Of a stretch of DNA of 33,724 nt, positions 11,051 through 20,388 are shown one piece after another. A program made the position numbers and the translations under genes. Position 1 is the stretch's first letter, and each line of letters begins with the position of its first letter. This DNA is from Methanosarcinales archaeon (GTDB lineage Archaea; Halobacteriota; Methanosarcinia; Methanosarcinales; Methanocomedenaceae), in the NCBI GenBank assembly GCA_030627385.1, contig DAOUSF010000003.1, positions 1 to 33,724 on the forward strand, given 5' to 3'. The notes beneath the pieces were generated by a model. That model saw nothing but the letters and a program-made list of their open reading frames with translations. It was not told the DNA's origin and ran no database searches.

Positions 11051-11459
11051 CAAATTTTCAAAACACAAACGTTCCGAAATAATGAGTCATATCAAATCGA
11101 AGAATACGAAGCCCGAAATAACTGTGAGGAAAATCATCTATTCGTTGGGTTATCGATATAGACTGCATCGAAAAGATTTACCGGGTAAACCAGATTTGGC
11201 TTTCATCAAGAAAAAAAAAGTAATTTTCATAAACGGTTGTTTTTGGCATGGACATTCGGGCTGTAAAAAATCGGCCTTGCCAGATACAAATTACGAATTT
11301 TGGAATGATAAAATAAAAAATAATGTCAATCGAGATACGCAAAATTATAAACTATTGGAAGATATGGGTTGGAAATATTTGTTAATTTGGCAATGTGAAA
11401 TTAAAAATTATAATCTTGAAAATATTAAATCAAATATTATACACTTTTTAAACGAATAA
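11043..11459 (+). CDS. vsr: Very-short-patch repair endonuclease Vsr
   Basis: RSEIMSHIKSKNTKPE, LPGKPD, FINGCFWHGH and IWQC motifs; overlaps the methylase by 8 nt. Confidence 0.95.
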   Translation: MVDKFSKHKRSEIMSHIKSKNTKPEITVRKIIYSLGYRYRLHRKDLPGKPDLAFIKKKKVIFINGCFWHGHSGCKKSALPDTNYEFWNDKIKNNVNRDTQNYKLLEDMGWKYLLIWQCEIKNYNLENIKSNIIHFLNE

Positions 11460-11582
11460 AAGCCAAAAAAACAAAAAACGATAAAAACCCTAATGCACCC
11501 GCACCGGAATGCCTCCGATTTTTCAATACGAGACCCGTGACTACCTACTTATTTTTTACGCAGAATTTGTATCTTCAGTAAT

Positions 11583-12944
11583 TCAATTATCAAGGGATAA
11601 ATGCTTTACCTTAGGACCCTCTGCAATTAATTCTGACAAAATTTTCGAAAAATCATCTGACCGATAATAGATTAACTTCTTTTTTCCAATAATGTTCTTT
11701 TCGACCAGCCCAAATTTTTCCAACCACATTATATCTGTTCTCGCAGTTTGATAAACAGTATTAAATCTATTTTGAATCTCTTTTATTGTTAAAGTTAATT
11801 TAGGGTCATCGTATAATAATTTCAATATGTGAATTTGCCTGTCATTAATATTTTTAATTTTCTTAAAATCATATAATTCACTTTTTTCCAGGATTTTTCT
11901 ATTAATATACTCTGTTAAACTATCAAAAGCCAAACCCATTGTTTTTAATTGATAATTTATAAAATAAGTTAAATCGTTTTCATCAAGTTCTGTGTATAAA
12001 TAAGCTCTTGCATATTGTGCAGGAGATATCAAAATCATTCTGGAGATAGACATATATTCAATAAGCCAATAACCTTTCTTAAGCAAATACCAATAAAAAA
12101 TTGCTCTTGCTGTTCTTCCATTTCCATCTACAAAAGGATGGATATAACCAATTAAAAAATGTAAGATTGTGGCTCTGATAATTGGATGAATAAATCGTGA
12201 TTTGTTTTTATCATTTGCAAAAACACAAAAGTCATCAATGATTTTGTCAATATATTTGCAATCCGGTGGAAAATAAATAACTTCTCCATTTGAATTTACA
12301 ACCGTAACATCATTTGATTTTCTGAAATTTCCCTCATCACCTGGATTTTTCAATGTATCTTTTGTAATAATCGAATGAATTTCAAGAATTAATTCATTTG
12401 TTATTTTTTCATCTTTTAATTTTGTCAATTTTTTTATTGTATGATAATTATTCAAAATCATTTGTTCAGATCTATCTTTTGGCTCCCTTTCTTCCCTCAA
12501 CATCTTCTTTGCATTTTTTCTCGTTGTGGCAGCTCCCTCTAATTGGCTTGAAGCAATTGCCTCTTCCATAATCGAATTAATTAAATATTTATTCTTATCA
12601 GCACTTGGAATTATCTCTTCTCCCCCAAGCCTTCCCCCCAGATTAAGATCAAATTCATGTAATTTTTGTTGAATATCAGCTGTTAAATTATATTTGAAAT
12701 CAAATCCTTCGATATCACTTATTTTAATTTTTTCTGCATTTAAATTTCTATTTATTTTAACAAGTATCCATAATTTTTCTGGATCAATTTGTCCAATTCT
12801 TTTTTTGTATTTGAATTCAGACCAATATAAATATCTATCAATGGCCTCTTTGATTAGTGGTCTACAAGCATCATTTTCTAAATATTTAAGTGCATCACCA
12901 AAATCATCACCTGTTATTTTTGGTGGACTTTCCGGAATTTTCAT
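11583..12944 (-). CDS. Fic-family AMP transferase (class II, N-terminal inhibitory helix) with probable C-terminal wHTH
   Basis: Canonical HPFVDGNGRTAR motif, inhibitory SSQLEG motif, and C-terminal TIKEIQNRFNTVYQTARTDI helix-turn-helix-like segment. Confidence 0.9.
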   Translation of the reverse strand: MKIPESPPKITGDDFGDALKYLENDACRPLIKEAIDRYLYWSEFKYKKRIGQIDPEKLWILVKINRNLNAEKIKISDIEGFDFKYNLTADIQQKLHEFDLNLGGRLGGEEIIPSADKNKYLINSIMEEAIASSQLEGAATTRKNAKKMLREEREPKDRSEQMILNNYHTIKKLTKLKDEKITNELILEIHSIITKDTLKNPGDEGNFRKSNDVTVVNSNGEVIYFPPDCKYIDKIIDDFCVFANDKNKSRFIHPIIRATILHFLIGYIHPFVDGNGRTARAIFYWYLLKKGYWLIEYMSISRMILISPAQYARAYLYTELDENDLTYFINYQLKTMGLAFDSLTEYINRKILEKSELYDFKKIKNINDRQIHILKLLYDDPKLTLTIKEIQNRFNTVYQTARTDIMWLEKFGLVEKNIIGKKKLIYYRSDDFSKILSELIAEGPKVKHLSLDN

Positions 12945-12959
12945 GAATTATTTTACCTG

Positions 12960-13048
12960 CTGTTAATTACTAATTTTAACAATATTAGTAATTAATAGTA
13001 AATAAACATGTCTGAATGTTAATTACTAAATTAGTAAATATTAGTAAT
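12960..13048. promoter_or_regulatory. Two palindromic operators ATTACTAA-N11-TTAGTAAT upstream of fic
   Basis: Copies at 12966-12992 and 13022-13048. The first extends to a perfect 12-bp inverted repeat (12963-12974 / 12984-12995). Confidence 0.6.
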
Positions 13049-13144
13049 CTTTTACTATTAAAGAGTCTGTCCAACAATTACTGTGAACCCTAGAAATGCC
13101 TCCGCATTCATTCGGGAGTAGTGCGACGTCGTACTTTGAAGCAC

Positions 13145-13222
13145 AAGAAAAAAAGACAAACAAACAAGACACCAGAGATAAAAAAAGAAGTCAACGCCGG
13201 CAAAAACACACCCCACCGGCGT
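13145..13222 (-). terminator. Probable terminator of the heat-shock operon
   Basis: Stem ACGCCGG (13194-13200) / CCGGCGT (13216-13222), followed on the minus strand by several T tracts just after the hsp20 stop. Confidence 0.55.
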
Positions 13223-13239
13223 AAATCTTACATCAATAC

Positions 13240-13764
13240 CTAATCGACCTTAATAGATTTATTATCAGACCTGTCATATTTGAACACCACTTCCAGCACT
13301 CCATTCATATAAGTAGCCTTTGCCGAATCAGCCAGCACCCTGGCAGGCAGTTCCACACGTTCCGAATACTTCCGGTCCCCATTCCTTGCCTTAATATTCA
13401 GCACAGTCCCGGAAATCTCAAGGCTGACATCCTCCTTGGTAATACCAGGCATTTCCACAACCACATGCAAGCAATCCTCAGCTTCCATGATATCAACAAG
13501 AGGCTTGCGCACACCCGCCTCCACATGTGCAGCACCACCCTGGTGCTCCAACCCAAACCCGGAGAACATTTCATCCCTCAGGCTTACATTACCGAACTCC
13601 CTGATCTCAGGCGGTTCATTACCGTGCTGGGTCATGGAATATCCCCATACAAGTGGCTCACCCATCTCTTCATTATCGATCCTGGATTCGAACATACTTC
13701 TGATCATTTCATCCATATCTTCGAAAATATCCTCAAATATATCCTTTCGTCGTCTATTCCCCAT
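13240..13764 (-). CDS. hsp20: Small heat-shock protein Hsp20
   Basis: Archaeal EFGNV motif and alpha-crystallin domain (PLVDI...EMPGITKED...ATYMNGVLEV); AAGGTGA RBS before ATG 13764. Confidence 0.93.
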   Translation of the reverse strand: MGNRRRKDIFEDIFEDMDEMIRSMFESRIDNEEMGEPLVWGYSMTQHGNEPPEIREFGNVSLRDEMFSGFGLEHQGGAAHVEAGVRKPLVDIMEAEDCLHVVVEMPGITKEDVSLEISGTVLNIKARNGDRKYSERVELPARVLADSAKATYMNGVLEVVFKYDRSDNKSIKVD

Positions 13765-13789
13765 TATCAATCACCTTGTAATATTGTTA

Positions 13790-16048
13790 TCATGCATATA
13801 TCTTATATTTTTCCTCAGTTTCATCCTTTGAACCCACAGTGGCATACCTGGCGAATTCACTTGCAAGCTTTTCATAATCCTGGAGTTTACCACAGGACGT
13901 AGTGGGCTTAACCCGAGTCATGGCACTATCGAAATTGTCCATTGTGATGATAATGGAATCCTTGATCTTCTTAGCTTCTTCCCTGTCCATACCGGGCGTG
14001 ATCTTCTCCCGGAGTGCCATAATGGATGCTTCCCTGCAAATAGCCTCGATATCAGAACCCACATATCCATCTGTCATCCTTGCCAGCTCGGTCAGGTCCA
14101 CTTTGTTATCCAGCGGTTTGCCATCCAGATGTATCTTAAATATTGCCTTCCTGGCATCGGCACCAGGCGGCGTTACATAGATCAACCGGTCCAGTCGTCC
14201 GGGTCTTAGCAATGCCGAATCCACCATATCCGGTCTGTTGGAAGCTGCTATTACCAGTACGTCCTTAAGTTCTTCCATACCATCCATTTCAGTCAGCATC
14301 TGGCTGATGACCCGTTCAGTGACATGGCTATCGAAACCTGCTCCCCTTACGGGTGCGATACTGTCCACTTCATCAAAGAATATGATTGCCGGACTGGCCT
14401 GTTTCGCTTTCCTGAAAGTCTCACGTACGGCTTTCTCACTCTCACCAACATACTTGCTCAACATCTCAGGTCCCTTGATACTGATAAAGTTAGCCTCACT
14501 CTCATTTGCTACTGCCTTGGCGAGCATGGTCTTGCCTGTACCCGGAGGCCCGAAGAGTAGTATACCCTTGGGTGGTTTTGTGTTGATGGCCTCGAAAGCT
14601 TCAGGGTACTTCAGTGGCCATTCTACTGCCTCTACCAGTTCCTGTTTGATGGCATCCAGTCCACCGACGTCAGTCCACCGCACCTGGGGTATCTCAAAGA
14701 ATACTTCCCTCAATGCCGAAGGTTCGATATTCTTAAACGCCTCATCAAAGTCCTTGTGAGTAACTTCCAATTTTTCAATGACTTCGGCAGGGATCTCCTC
14801 ATCCATATTGATCTCAGGAAGGAACCTGCGCAGTGAGTGCATGGCCGCTTCTTTACAAAGTGATGACATGTCGGCACCCACGAACCCATGTGTACGCTCC
14901 GCAATCCTTTTCAGTTTGCCTGTATCGTTATCATCACCATTAAGTTCAGCAGATAAGGGCATGCCCCTGGTGTGTACTTGTAATATCTCCAGCCTGCCGT
15001 TCATGTCAGGGATACCTATCTCGATCTCCCTGTCGAACCGTCCGCCCCGTCGCAGAGCCTCATCAATAGCATTTGGCCGGTTTGTAGCTGCTATCACGAT
15101 AACCTCGCCTCTGCTCTTCAGCCCGTCCATCAGGCTGAGCAACTGGGCCACTACCCGGCGTTCGACCTCACCTGTGACCTCACCACGTTTTGGTGCGATA
15201 CTGTCGATCTCATCAATGAATATGATAGTAGGTGCGTTCTTTTCTGCATCATCAAACATATCCCTGAGATGTTTCTCACTCTCGCCGTAGTATTTAGATA
15301 CTATCTCGGGACCGCTGATGGAAATGAAATTAGCATCGGTTTCATTAGCCACTGCTTTAGCTATCAGGGTCTTGCCTGTTCCGGGCGGACCATGCAGAAG
15401 TACGCCTTTGGGCGGGTCAATTCCCAGTTTCTGGAAAAGTTCGGGATGGCGCAGTGGGAGTTCGATCATCTCCCTGACAAGTTCGATCTCGCGCCTTAAA
15501 CCCCCGATATCCTCATAAGTTGTCTTTGACGACCCTTTAAGTTTTCTTTCATCCACAATCTCATCCTTGAGGTTGATGGCTGTGCTCTTTCCCACAAATA
15601 CAGGGCCGTTGGGGCTGGTAGATAATACCACGAAGTTCAGGGGGTTGCTGACAGTCTCTACCCTGATCTGCTGTCCCTTATTTATAGGCCTGCCTTCAAG
15701 CAGCCTGTGGATATACTGGGCACCACCGACAAGCCTGATGGCCTGGGTAGGTGCAAGTGTAACCCTCTTTGCTTCTTTAGCCTCTGCTTTTTTGATCTTT
15801 ACTTTGTCATCCAGGCTGGTCCCGGCATTATTACGAATATTACCATCGATCCTGATCAGGTCATTCCCCCGGTCTTCAGGATAAGCAGGCCATACGATGG
15901 CATATGTGGTATCCTTACCAACAATCTCTATATAATCGCCGCTTACCAGTCCGAGCATTTCCATCTTTTCCCGCTCGATACGTGCGATGTCGCGTCCCAC
16001 ATCACGGTGGTGGGATTCCGCAACCCTGAGTGTCAGTTCCTTGGCCAT
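13790..16048 (-). CDS. cdc48: CDC48/VCP-family AAA ATPase
   Basis: N-domain plus two AAA modules (GPPGTGKT twice; FIDEIDS and FFDEVDS). Confidence 0.97.
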   Translation of the reverse strand: MAKELTLRVAESHHRDVGRDIARIEREKMEMLGLVSGDYIEIVGKDTTYAIVWPAYPEDRGNDLIRIDGNIRNNAGTSLDDKVKIKKAEAKEAKRVTLAPTQAIRLVGGAQYIHRLLEGRPINKGQQIRVETVSNPLNFVVLSTSPNGPVFVGKSTAINLKDEIVDERKLKGSSKTTYEDIGGLRREIELVREMIELPLRHPELFQKLGIDPPKGVLLHGPPGTGKTLIAKAVANETDANFISISGPEIVSKYYGESEKHLRDMFDDAEKNAPTIIFIDEIDSIAPKRGEVTGEVERRVVAQLLSLMDGLKSRGEVIVIAATNRPNAIDEALRRGGRFDREIEIGIPDMNGRLEILQVHTRGMPLSAELNGDDNDTGKLKRIAERTHGFVGADMSSLCKEAAMHSLRRFLPEINMDEEIPAEVIEKLEVTHKDFDEAFKNIEPSALREVFFEIPQVRWTDVGGLDAIKQELVEAVEWPLKYPEAFEAINTKPPKGILLFGPPGTGKTMLAKAVANESEANFISIKGPEMLSKYVGESEKAVRETFRKAKQASPAIIFFDEVDSIAPVRGAGFDSHVTERVISQMLTEMDGMEELKDVLVIAASNRPDMVDSALLRPGRLDRLIYVTPPGADARKAIFKIHLDGKPLDNKVDLTELARMTDGYVGSDIEAICREASIMALREKITPGMDREEAKKIKDSIIITMDNFDSAMTRVKPTTSCGKLQDYEKLASEFARYATVGSKDETEEKYKIYA

Positions 16049-16081
16049 TTTTTTTGTCTCCTTTACTTATTCTTATAGATT

Positions 16082-16107
16082 ATATCTATTAATGATATCT
16101 ATTAATG
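16082..16107. repeat. 13-bp tandem duplication ATATCTATTAATG x2
   Basis: Identical units at 16082-16094 and 16095-16107 in the spacer between the regulator and cdc48. Confidence 0.7.
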
Positions 16108-16130
16108 AATAGTATTTATTATTTGTTGCT

Positions 16131-16808
16131 TTAGATAAGGGTCAATAACTGCCTGTTGTTTATTTGCCGTTCATTCATTATTCCCCTATCCCTCAATGAC
16201 CGGATAAGTTCTTCCATAAAATATTCGGGTCTCTCCATGCTCATGGAAAGAGAGCGCATATCCTGCGGTTTTTTCAGGACCGCCATTAATATCTCTTCTT
16301 CAGATTTGTTCTTTGCCACTTCATGTATCCAATTGACACAATTAGCCATAACATCTGTCATTTCCCCTTCGATCTTATGCTGCTGGTCAGCAAGCTGCCG
16401 CCTCCGGGATTCCAGTTCGAACAATTCCGTGTTCAGTTTTTTCAGTGTTTCAACGGATTTTGTGTCATCCGTGGGATCCCGGTGGGGACTTTTCGGCTTT
16501 TCCGGTTGTGGCTGCTGCAGGACCGTGCATGTTTCTACAGTATAGGAGTACGGCGACACAAATACTTCCAGTTTCAGGTTCCCTGTTATGTGGTAGTATT
16601 TGCGCCGCTGTTTATTTGTGTTTGCACGGACCAGTCCGGTCTGCTCAAGCTGCTCCAGATGCCCCAGTATTGCCTTGGGACCTACACCAAGGCGCTCAGC
16701 TATCTCGCTTACATAGTAGGGCCTGGTGGCGAGTAGCCGGATGATATTCCTCCGGTTCTCGTTTCCAAGCAAATCCAGCAGTTGTGTTGACTCCATAGAC
16801 CTGTTCAT
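16131..16808 (-). CDS. ArsR-type wHTH heat-shock regulator (HSR1/Phr family)
   Basis: LLDLLGNENRRNIIRLLATRPYYVSEIAERLGVGPKAILGHL N-terminus and a coiled-coil middle; same regulator-cdc48-hsp20 set as the Archaeoglobus HSR1 operon; cognate motif upstream. Confidence 0.88.
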   Translation of the reverse strand: MNRSMESTQLLDLLGNENRRNIIRLLATRPYYVSEIAERLGVGPKAILGHLEQLEQTGLVRANTNKQRRKYYHITGNLKLEVFVSPYSYTVETCTVLQQPQPEKPKSPHRDPTDDTKSVETLKKLNTELFELESRRRQLADQQHKIEGEMTDVMANCVNWIHEVAKNKSEEEILMAVLKKPQDMRSLSMSMERPEYFMEELIRSLRDRGIMNERQINNRQLLTLI

Positions 16809-16826
16809 CCTGATATTTGATTGTAT

Positions 16827-16910
16827 TTACATGTGGTTAGTAACACGAGGTTAGTAATTTATAGTTACTAACCCACAGTTATTAACACCTGGTTACTAAC
16901 CTTTAGTTAG
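16827..16910. promoter_or_regulatory. Array of six HSR1-type operators (TAAC-N5-GTTA) with 14-bp period
   Basis: GTTA at 16836, 16850, 16864, 16878, 16892 and 16906. TAAC at 16841, 16869, 16883 and 16897, with variants TTAC (16827) and TAAT (16855). Perfect CTAAC-N5-GTTAG at 16896-16910. Confidence 0.85.
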
Positions 16911-16977
16911 GGATAGTAGTATATAAATATATCTGCAGGCAAGATTATTGGATTCTGCACATTCCGAACCATTTTTT

Positions 16978-18177
16978 CTATTCCAGGGTTTCCTTAAGGA
17001 AAAAAGCAATGACCGTTGCCAGGCCTGTAAGTGCTGCCAGTACAAAAAAACTGGTCCTGGCACCTTCTTGTTCCATGACCAGGCCCGCAATCATAGGTCC
17101 GGCGGCTGCTCCCAACCACCTGACCATATTAAATGCACCCAGTGACGTGCCAAGAATACGGGGGTCCTTTTTCACTACCTGGTCTGCCATAATAGCTATA
17201 GTCAATGTAACCACCGGACCCAGGCACAGTCCCACAAACGCAAAATTTATAGCTATCACCCATGGGCTCAGAGTCACATGTGACATTAACAACAGTGCGC
17301 CACCTCCCAGGATGATCATAGCAATGAGTGGAGTTTTCCTGCCAATGCGATCACTCAGTGTACCGGTAACGGATGCGCCCAGGCTGCTGGTTATGGCGTA
17401 AGGAATAAATAAAAACCCCATCTGGACGGGAGAAACAGTGCTACTGGCAAAGAAAGGCAACACGTAGGATGCCCCGATAACTGATATGCCGCACAGCATG
17501 CTCACTATGCTTGCCATTAAAATGTTCCTGTCCCTGAACATGAGCAGGGTGGTCACCATCATTTTTCTGGCTCCGAAACCCAGTTCCCTGCTACATAGGC
17601 TGGTCTCGGTCAGCCAGAGGCTGACCCCTGCTATTGCCAGGGATACCCAGAACATGGACAGGAATACGGTCCTCCATCCGAACAATCCTCCCACCACTCC
17701 GCCTAATATGTAGCCGGATACAGTTCCCAGTCCTACTGCCAGACCAACGATACCAAAACCCTTCCCCCTTTCCCTTATTGGATAGATGTCTCCCACAATA
17801 GCGTATGCAGCCGGGAAGAACATGGCCACCCCAAGACCCGACAGGGAGCGGGCAACCAATAATTGCATCCCTGAACCGGCAGTTCCGAAGATGAGGAGCC
17901 CGAAGCTGAATACCAGTATGCCGATGGTGATGAAAGGACGGCGCCCGTACCTGTCAGAGAGTACGCCGATCGGTATTTGGGGGATTGCCATGAACACCAT
18001 GAACGAGCCCATGATTATACCCATCATGGTTTTACTGACCCCTAGTTCACCGGATACTGCAGGAAGCATTGGGATCAGGGACAGGACTGACATGAAAACA
18101 ATTAACAATCCCCCTGTCAGGATGAACATGATCCTGGTGCGGGGGAGTCTGGAGCAGTCCGGTGCTGTATGGGGCAT
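16978..18177 (-). CDS. Major facilitator superfamily transporter (DHA1-like)
   Basis: About 12 hydrophobic segments; motif A twice (GVLSDRYGRR, GTLSDRIGRK). Confidence 0.92.
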   Translation of the reverse strand: MPHTAPDCSRLPRTRIMFILTGGLLIVFMSVLSLIPMLPAVSGELGVSKTMMGIIMGSFMVFMAIPQIPIGVLSDRYGRRPFITIGILVFSFGLLIFGTAGSGMQLLVARSLSGLGVAMFFPAAYAIVGDIYPIRERGKGFGIVGLAVGLGTVSGYILGGVVGGLFGWRTVFLSMFWVSLAIAGVSLWLTETSLCSRELGFGARKMMVTTLLMFRDRNILMASIVSMLCGISVIGASYVLPFFASSTVSPVQMGFLFIPYAITSSLGASVTGTLSDRIGRKTPLIAMIILGGGALLLMSHVTLSPWVIAINFAFVGLCLGPVVTLTIAIMADQVVKKDPRILGTSLGAFNMVRWLGAAAGPMIAGLVMEQEGARTSFFVLAALTGLATVIAFFLKETLE

Positions 18178-18300
18178 GGTGGATAGAAAGTTGATGTGGC
18201 TAATTAAGTTTTCCTGGAATGAGATGAGGATTGTCTGGCAGGTTTCACGGTATCCTTAAATACTTTTTTGTCATTAATATCGCCCAGAGGTGTAATAATA

Positions 18301-19494
18301 TTGTTTTTAATCGGAGAAGCACTCATTGGCGAGGAACCTGAACTCGCTCACGTTGATATTATCATTGGAGATAAAAACGGCCCGGTCGGGCAGGCTTTTG
18401 CCACAGGGTTCACCCAGTTGTCAGCAGGGCACACACCCCTGCTTTCTGTGATACGGCCAAACCTGCTTACCAAACCGGCAACACTTATCGTACCAAAGGT
18501 GACGGTACAGAATATGGATGGTGCGGCCAGGATATTCGGGCCGGCCCAAAGTGCGGTTGCACGGGCAGTAGCCGATGCTCTGGATGAAGGTATCATACCA
18601 AAAGAACAGGCTGAGGACCTTGTAATTGTGGCCAGCGTATTCATCCATCCCCAGGCCGAGGATTACAGTAAGATATACAGGTACAACTACGGTGCCACCA
18701 AGCTGGCAGTGCAAAGGGCTATGGAAGGCTTCCCTGATGTTGATACTGTGATGGAGGAGAAGGACAGGACCATGCACCCCATAATGGGATTCAATGTGAC
18801 AAGGTTATGGGACCCACCGTACCTGCAGGTAGCTATCGACATTCCGGATATGGATTTCGTTAAGAATGTCTTGAAGCAGTTGCCACAGAGCGACCACCTG
18901 ATAATCGAGGCCGGCACGCCTCTTATCAAGCGATACGGCCTGGATGTGGTATCAAAGATACGCGAGGCTCGGCCCAATGCGTTCATCGTGGCTGACCTGA
19001 AGACTCTTGATACCGGCAACCTGGAGGCCAGGATGGTGGCTGATGCTACTGCCGATGCTATTGTAATATCAGGACTGGCACCGCTCTCTACTATTGAGAA
19101 GGCCATCAAGGAAGCAAAGAAGACCGGCATCTATGCATGTATTGACATGCTCAACGTGCCTGACCCTGTAAAGGTGCTGAAAGACCTGAGCGTGAGGCCG
19201 GATATCATTGAACTGCACAGGGCCATTGATGCAGAGGACAGCGCATACGCATGGGGCAGCATTCCTGATATGAAAAAGGTTCACCCCAAGTTGCTGGTAG
19301 CTGTGGCCGGAGGTATAGGCAAGCTGGAAGCGGGTTCGGCGAAAGTAAGCGATGCCTGCGGTGCCGGAGCCGATATTATTGTGATCGGCAGGTCCATTAC
19401 CAAGGCCAAGGATGTCAGATTGGCTACCGAGGTATTCCTGGAAGACATGCAAAAAGCTGAGATCGACCAGTACAGGGTCATGACTGATTTCTAA
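18301..19494 (+). CDS. fae-hps: Bifunctional formaldehyde-activating enzyme / 3-hexulose-6-phosphate synthase
   Basis: Fae N-terminus (FLIGEALIG...AHVD...[12 protein letters not shown]) plus Hps barrel ([24 protein letters not shown]); GAGGTG RBS before TTG 18301. Confidence 0.95.
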   Translation: MFLIGEALIGEEPELAHVDIIIGDKNGPVGQAFATGFTQLSAGHTPLLSVIRPNLLTKPATLIVPKVTVQNMDGAARIFGPAQSAVARAVADALDEGIIPKEQAEDLVIVASVFIHPQAEDYSKIYRYNYGATKLAVQRAMEGFPDVDTVMEEKDRTMHPIMGFNVTRLWDPPYLQVAIDIPDMDFVKNVLKQLPQSDHLIIEAGTPLIKRYGLDVVSKIREARPNAFIVADLKTLDTGNLEARMVADATADAIVISGLAPLSTIEKAIKEAKKTGIYACIDMLNVPDPVKVLKDLSVRPDIIELHRAIDAEDSAYAWGSIPDMKKVHPKLLVAVAGGIGKLEAGSAKVSDACGAGADIIVIGRSITKAKDVRLATEVFLEDMQKAEIDQYRVMTDF

Positions 19495-19536
19495 TTGTTA
19501 GTACAGGCCCAAAATGATTATTTGAGGGATTTGATT

Positions 19537-20385
19537 TTGAAAATAATCGGAGGACCCGCATCTCAACTGTTAGCAAGCAGAGTGGCTGCGAAACTGAATT
19601 GCGAACTTGCGCTGTGTAAGTCCAGGACGTTCCCGGATGACGAAAAGTATATCCGCATCATAGACGATATCGGTCCGGAAGCTGTAATAGTACAAAGTAC
19701 AACAACCGACTCGGATTTAGTAGTACTGTTGCAGCTTATCGATGCATGCAGTTCTGCTAATCGCATCCATGTTGTAATCCCCTACATGGGCTATGCCAGA
19801 CAGGACAAGATATTTAACCAGGGCGAAGCGCTCAGTGCCAGGGCCATGGCCCGGACCATTGAAGCCGATAATGTGATCACTGTGAATATACATGAGGATT
19901 CTATACTCAATTACTTCAGGTGCAATTCCGTAAATATCAATGCTGCACCCTTGATGGGACAATTTGTAAGTGCTATGGATCTGCACGATCCAGTGATATT
20001 AGCTCCCGATAAGGGTGCAAAAGAACTGGCAGCTTCGGCTGCAAAGGAGATGGGGATCGAATACGATTACCTGGAAAAGAAACGGATAAGCGGCGACACT
20101 GTGGAAGTGAGCCCAAAGAACCTTGATGCCAGTGGCAGGGATGTGGTGATACTGGATGACATAATATCCACAGGCGGTACTATGGCAGAGGCGGTGCGCA
20201 TGCTCAGGGAACAGGGTGCATCCGATGTATATGTTGCCTGCATCCACCCGGTACTGGCCGGCAGTGCTGTAAACAAACTATATCATTCAGGCGTAAAGGA
20301 CCTGATCGCCACCGATACCATTGAAAGAGCCATTAGCAGGGTCTCAGTTGCACCCATACTGGCACAGGCCCTTAAGGAATTATGA
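19537..20385 (+). CDS. prs: Ribose-phosphate pyrophosphokinase
   Basis: FPDDE, PYMGYARQD, APDKGA and DDIISTGGT motifs; TTG 19537 chosen from the archaeal MKIIGGPAS N-terminus. Confidence 0.95.
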   Translation: MKIIGGPASQLLASRVAAKLNCELALCKSRTFPDDEKYIRIIDDIGPEAVIVQSTTTDSDLVVLLQLIDACSSANRIHVVIPYMGYARQDKIFNQGEALSARAMARTIEADNVITVNIHEDSILNYFRCNSVNINAAPLMGQFVSAMDLHDPVILAPDKGAKELAASAAKEMGIEYDYLEKKRISGDTVEVSPKNLDASGRDVVILDDIISTGGTMAEAVRMLREQGASDVYVACIHPVLAGSAVNKLYHSGVKDLIATDTIERAISRVSVAPILAQALKEL

Positions 20386-20388
20386 TCT

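Larger units (their letters stand above)
8250..13130. mobile_element. AT-rich genomic island carrying defence-type genes (boundaries approximate)
   Basis: Abrupt, visible shift to AT-rich sequence and codons between acs and hsp20; contains ATPase-HEPN, C5 methylase, vsr and fic. No integrase or transposase is present. Confidence 0.65.

Noticed and set aside
8307-13086. TACTGTGA at both island edges (8307-8314 and 13079-13086) as att sites or a target duplication
   Set aside because: Only 8 bp, with no integrase or tRNA nearby; could be chance without an empty-site comparison.
16827-16910. The periodic array as a mini-CRISPR
   Set aside because: A 14-bp period with 5-bp variable cores is far too short, there are no cas genes, and it matches a known operator.
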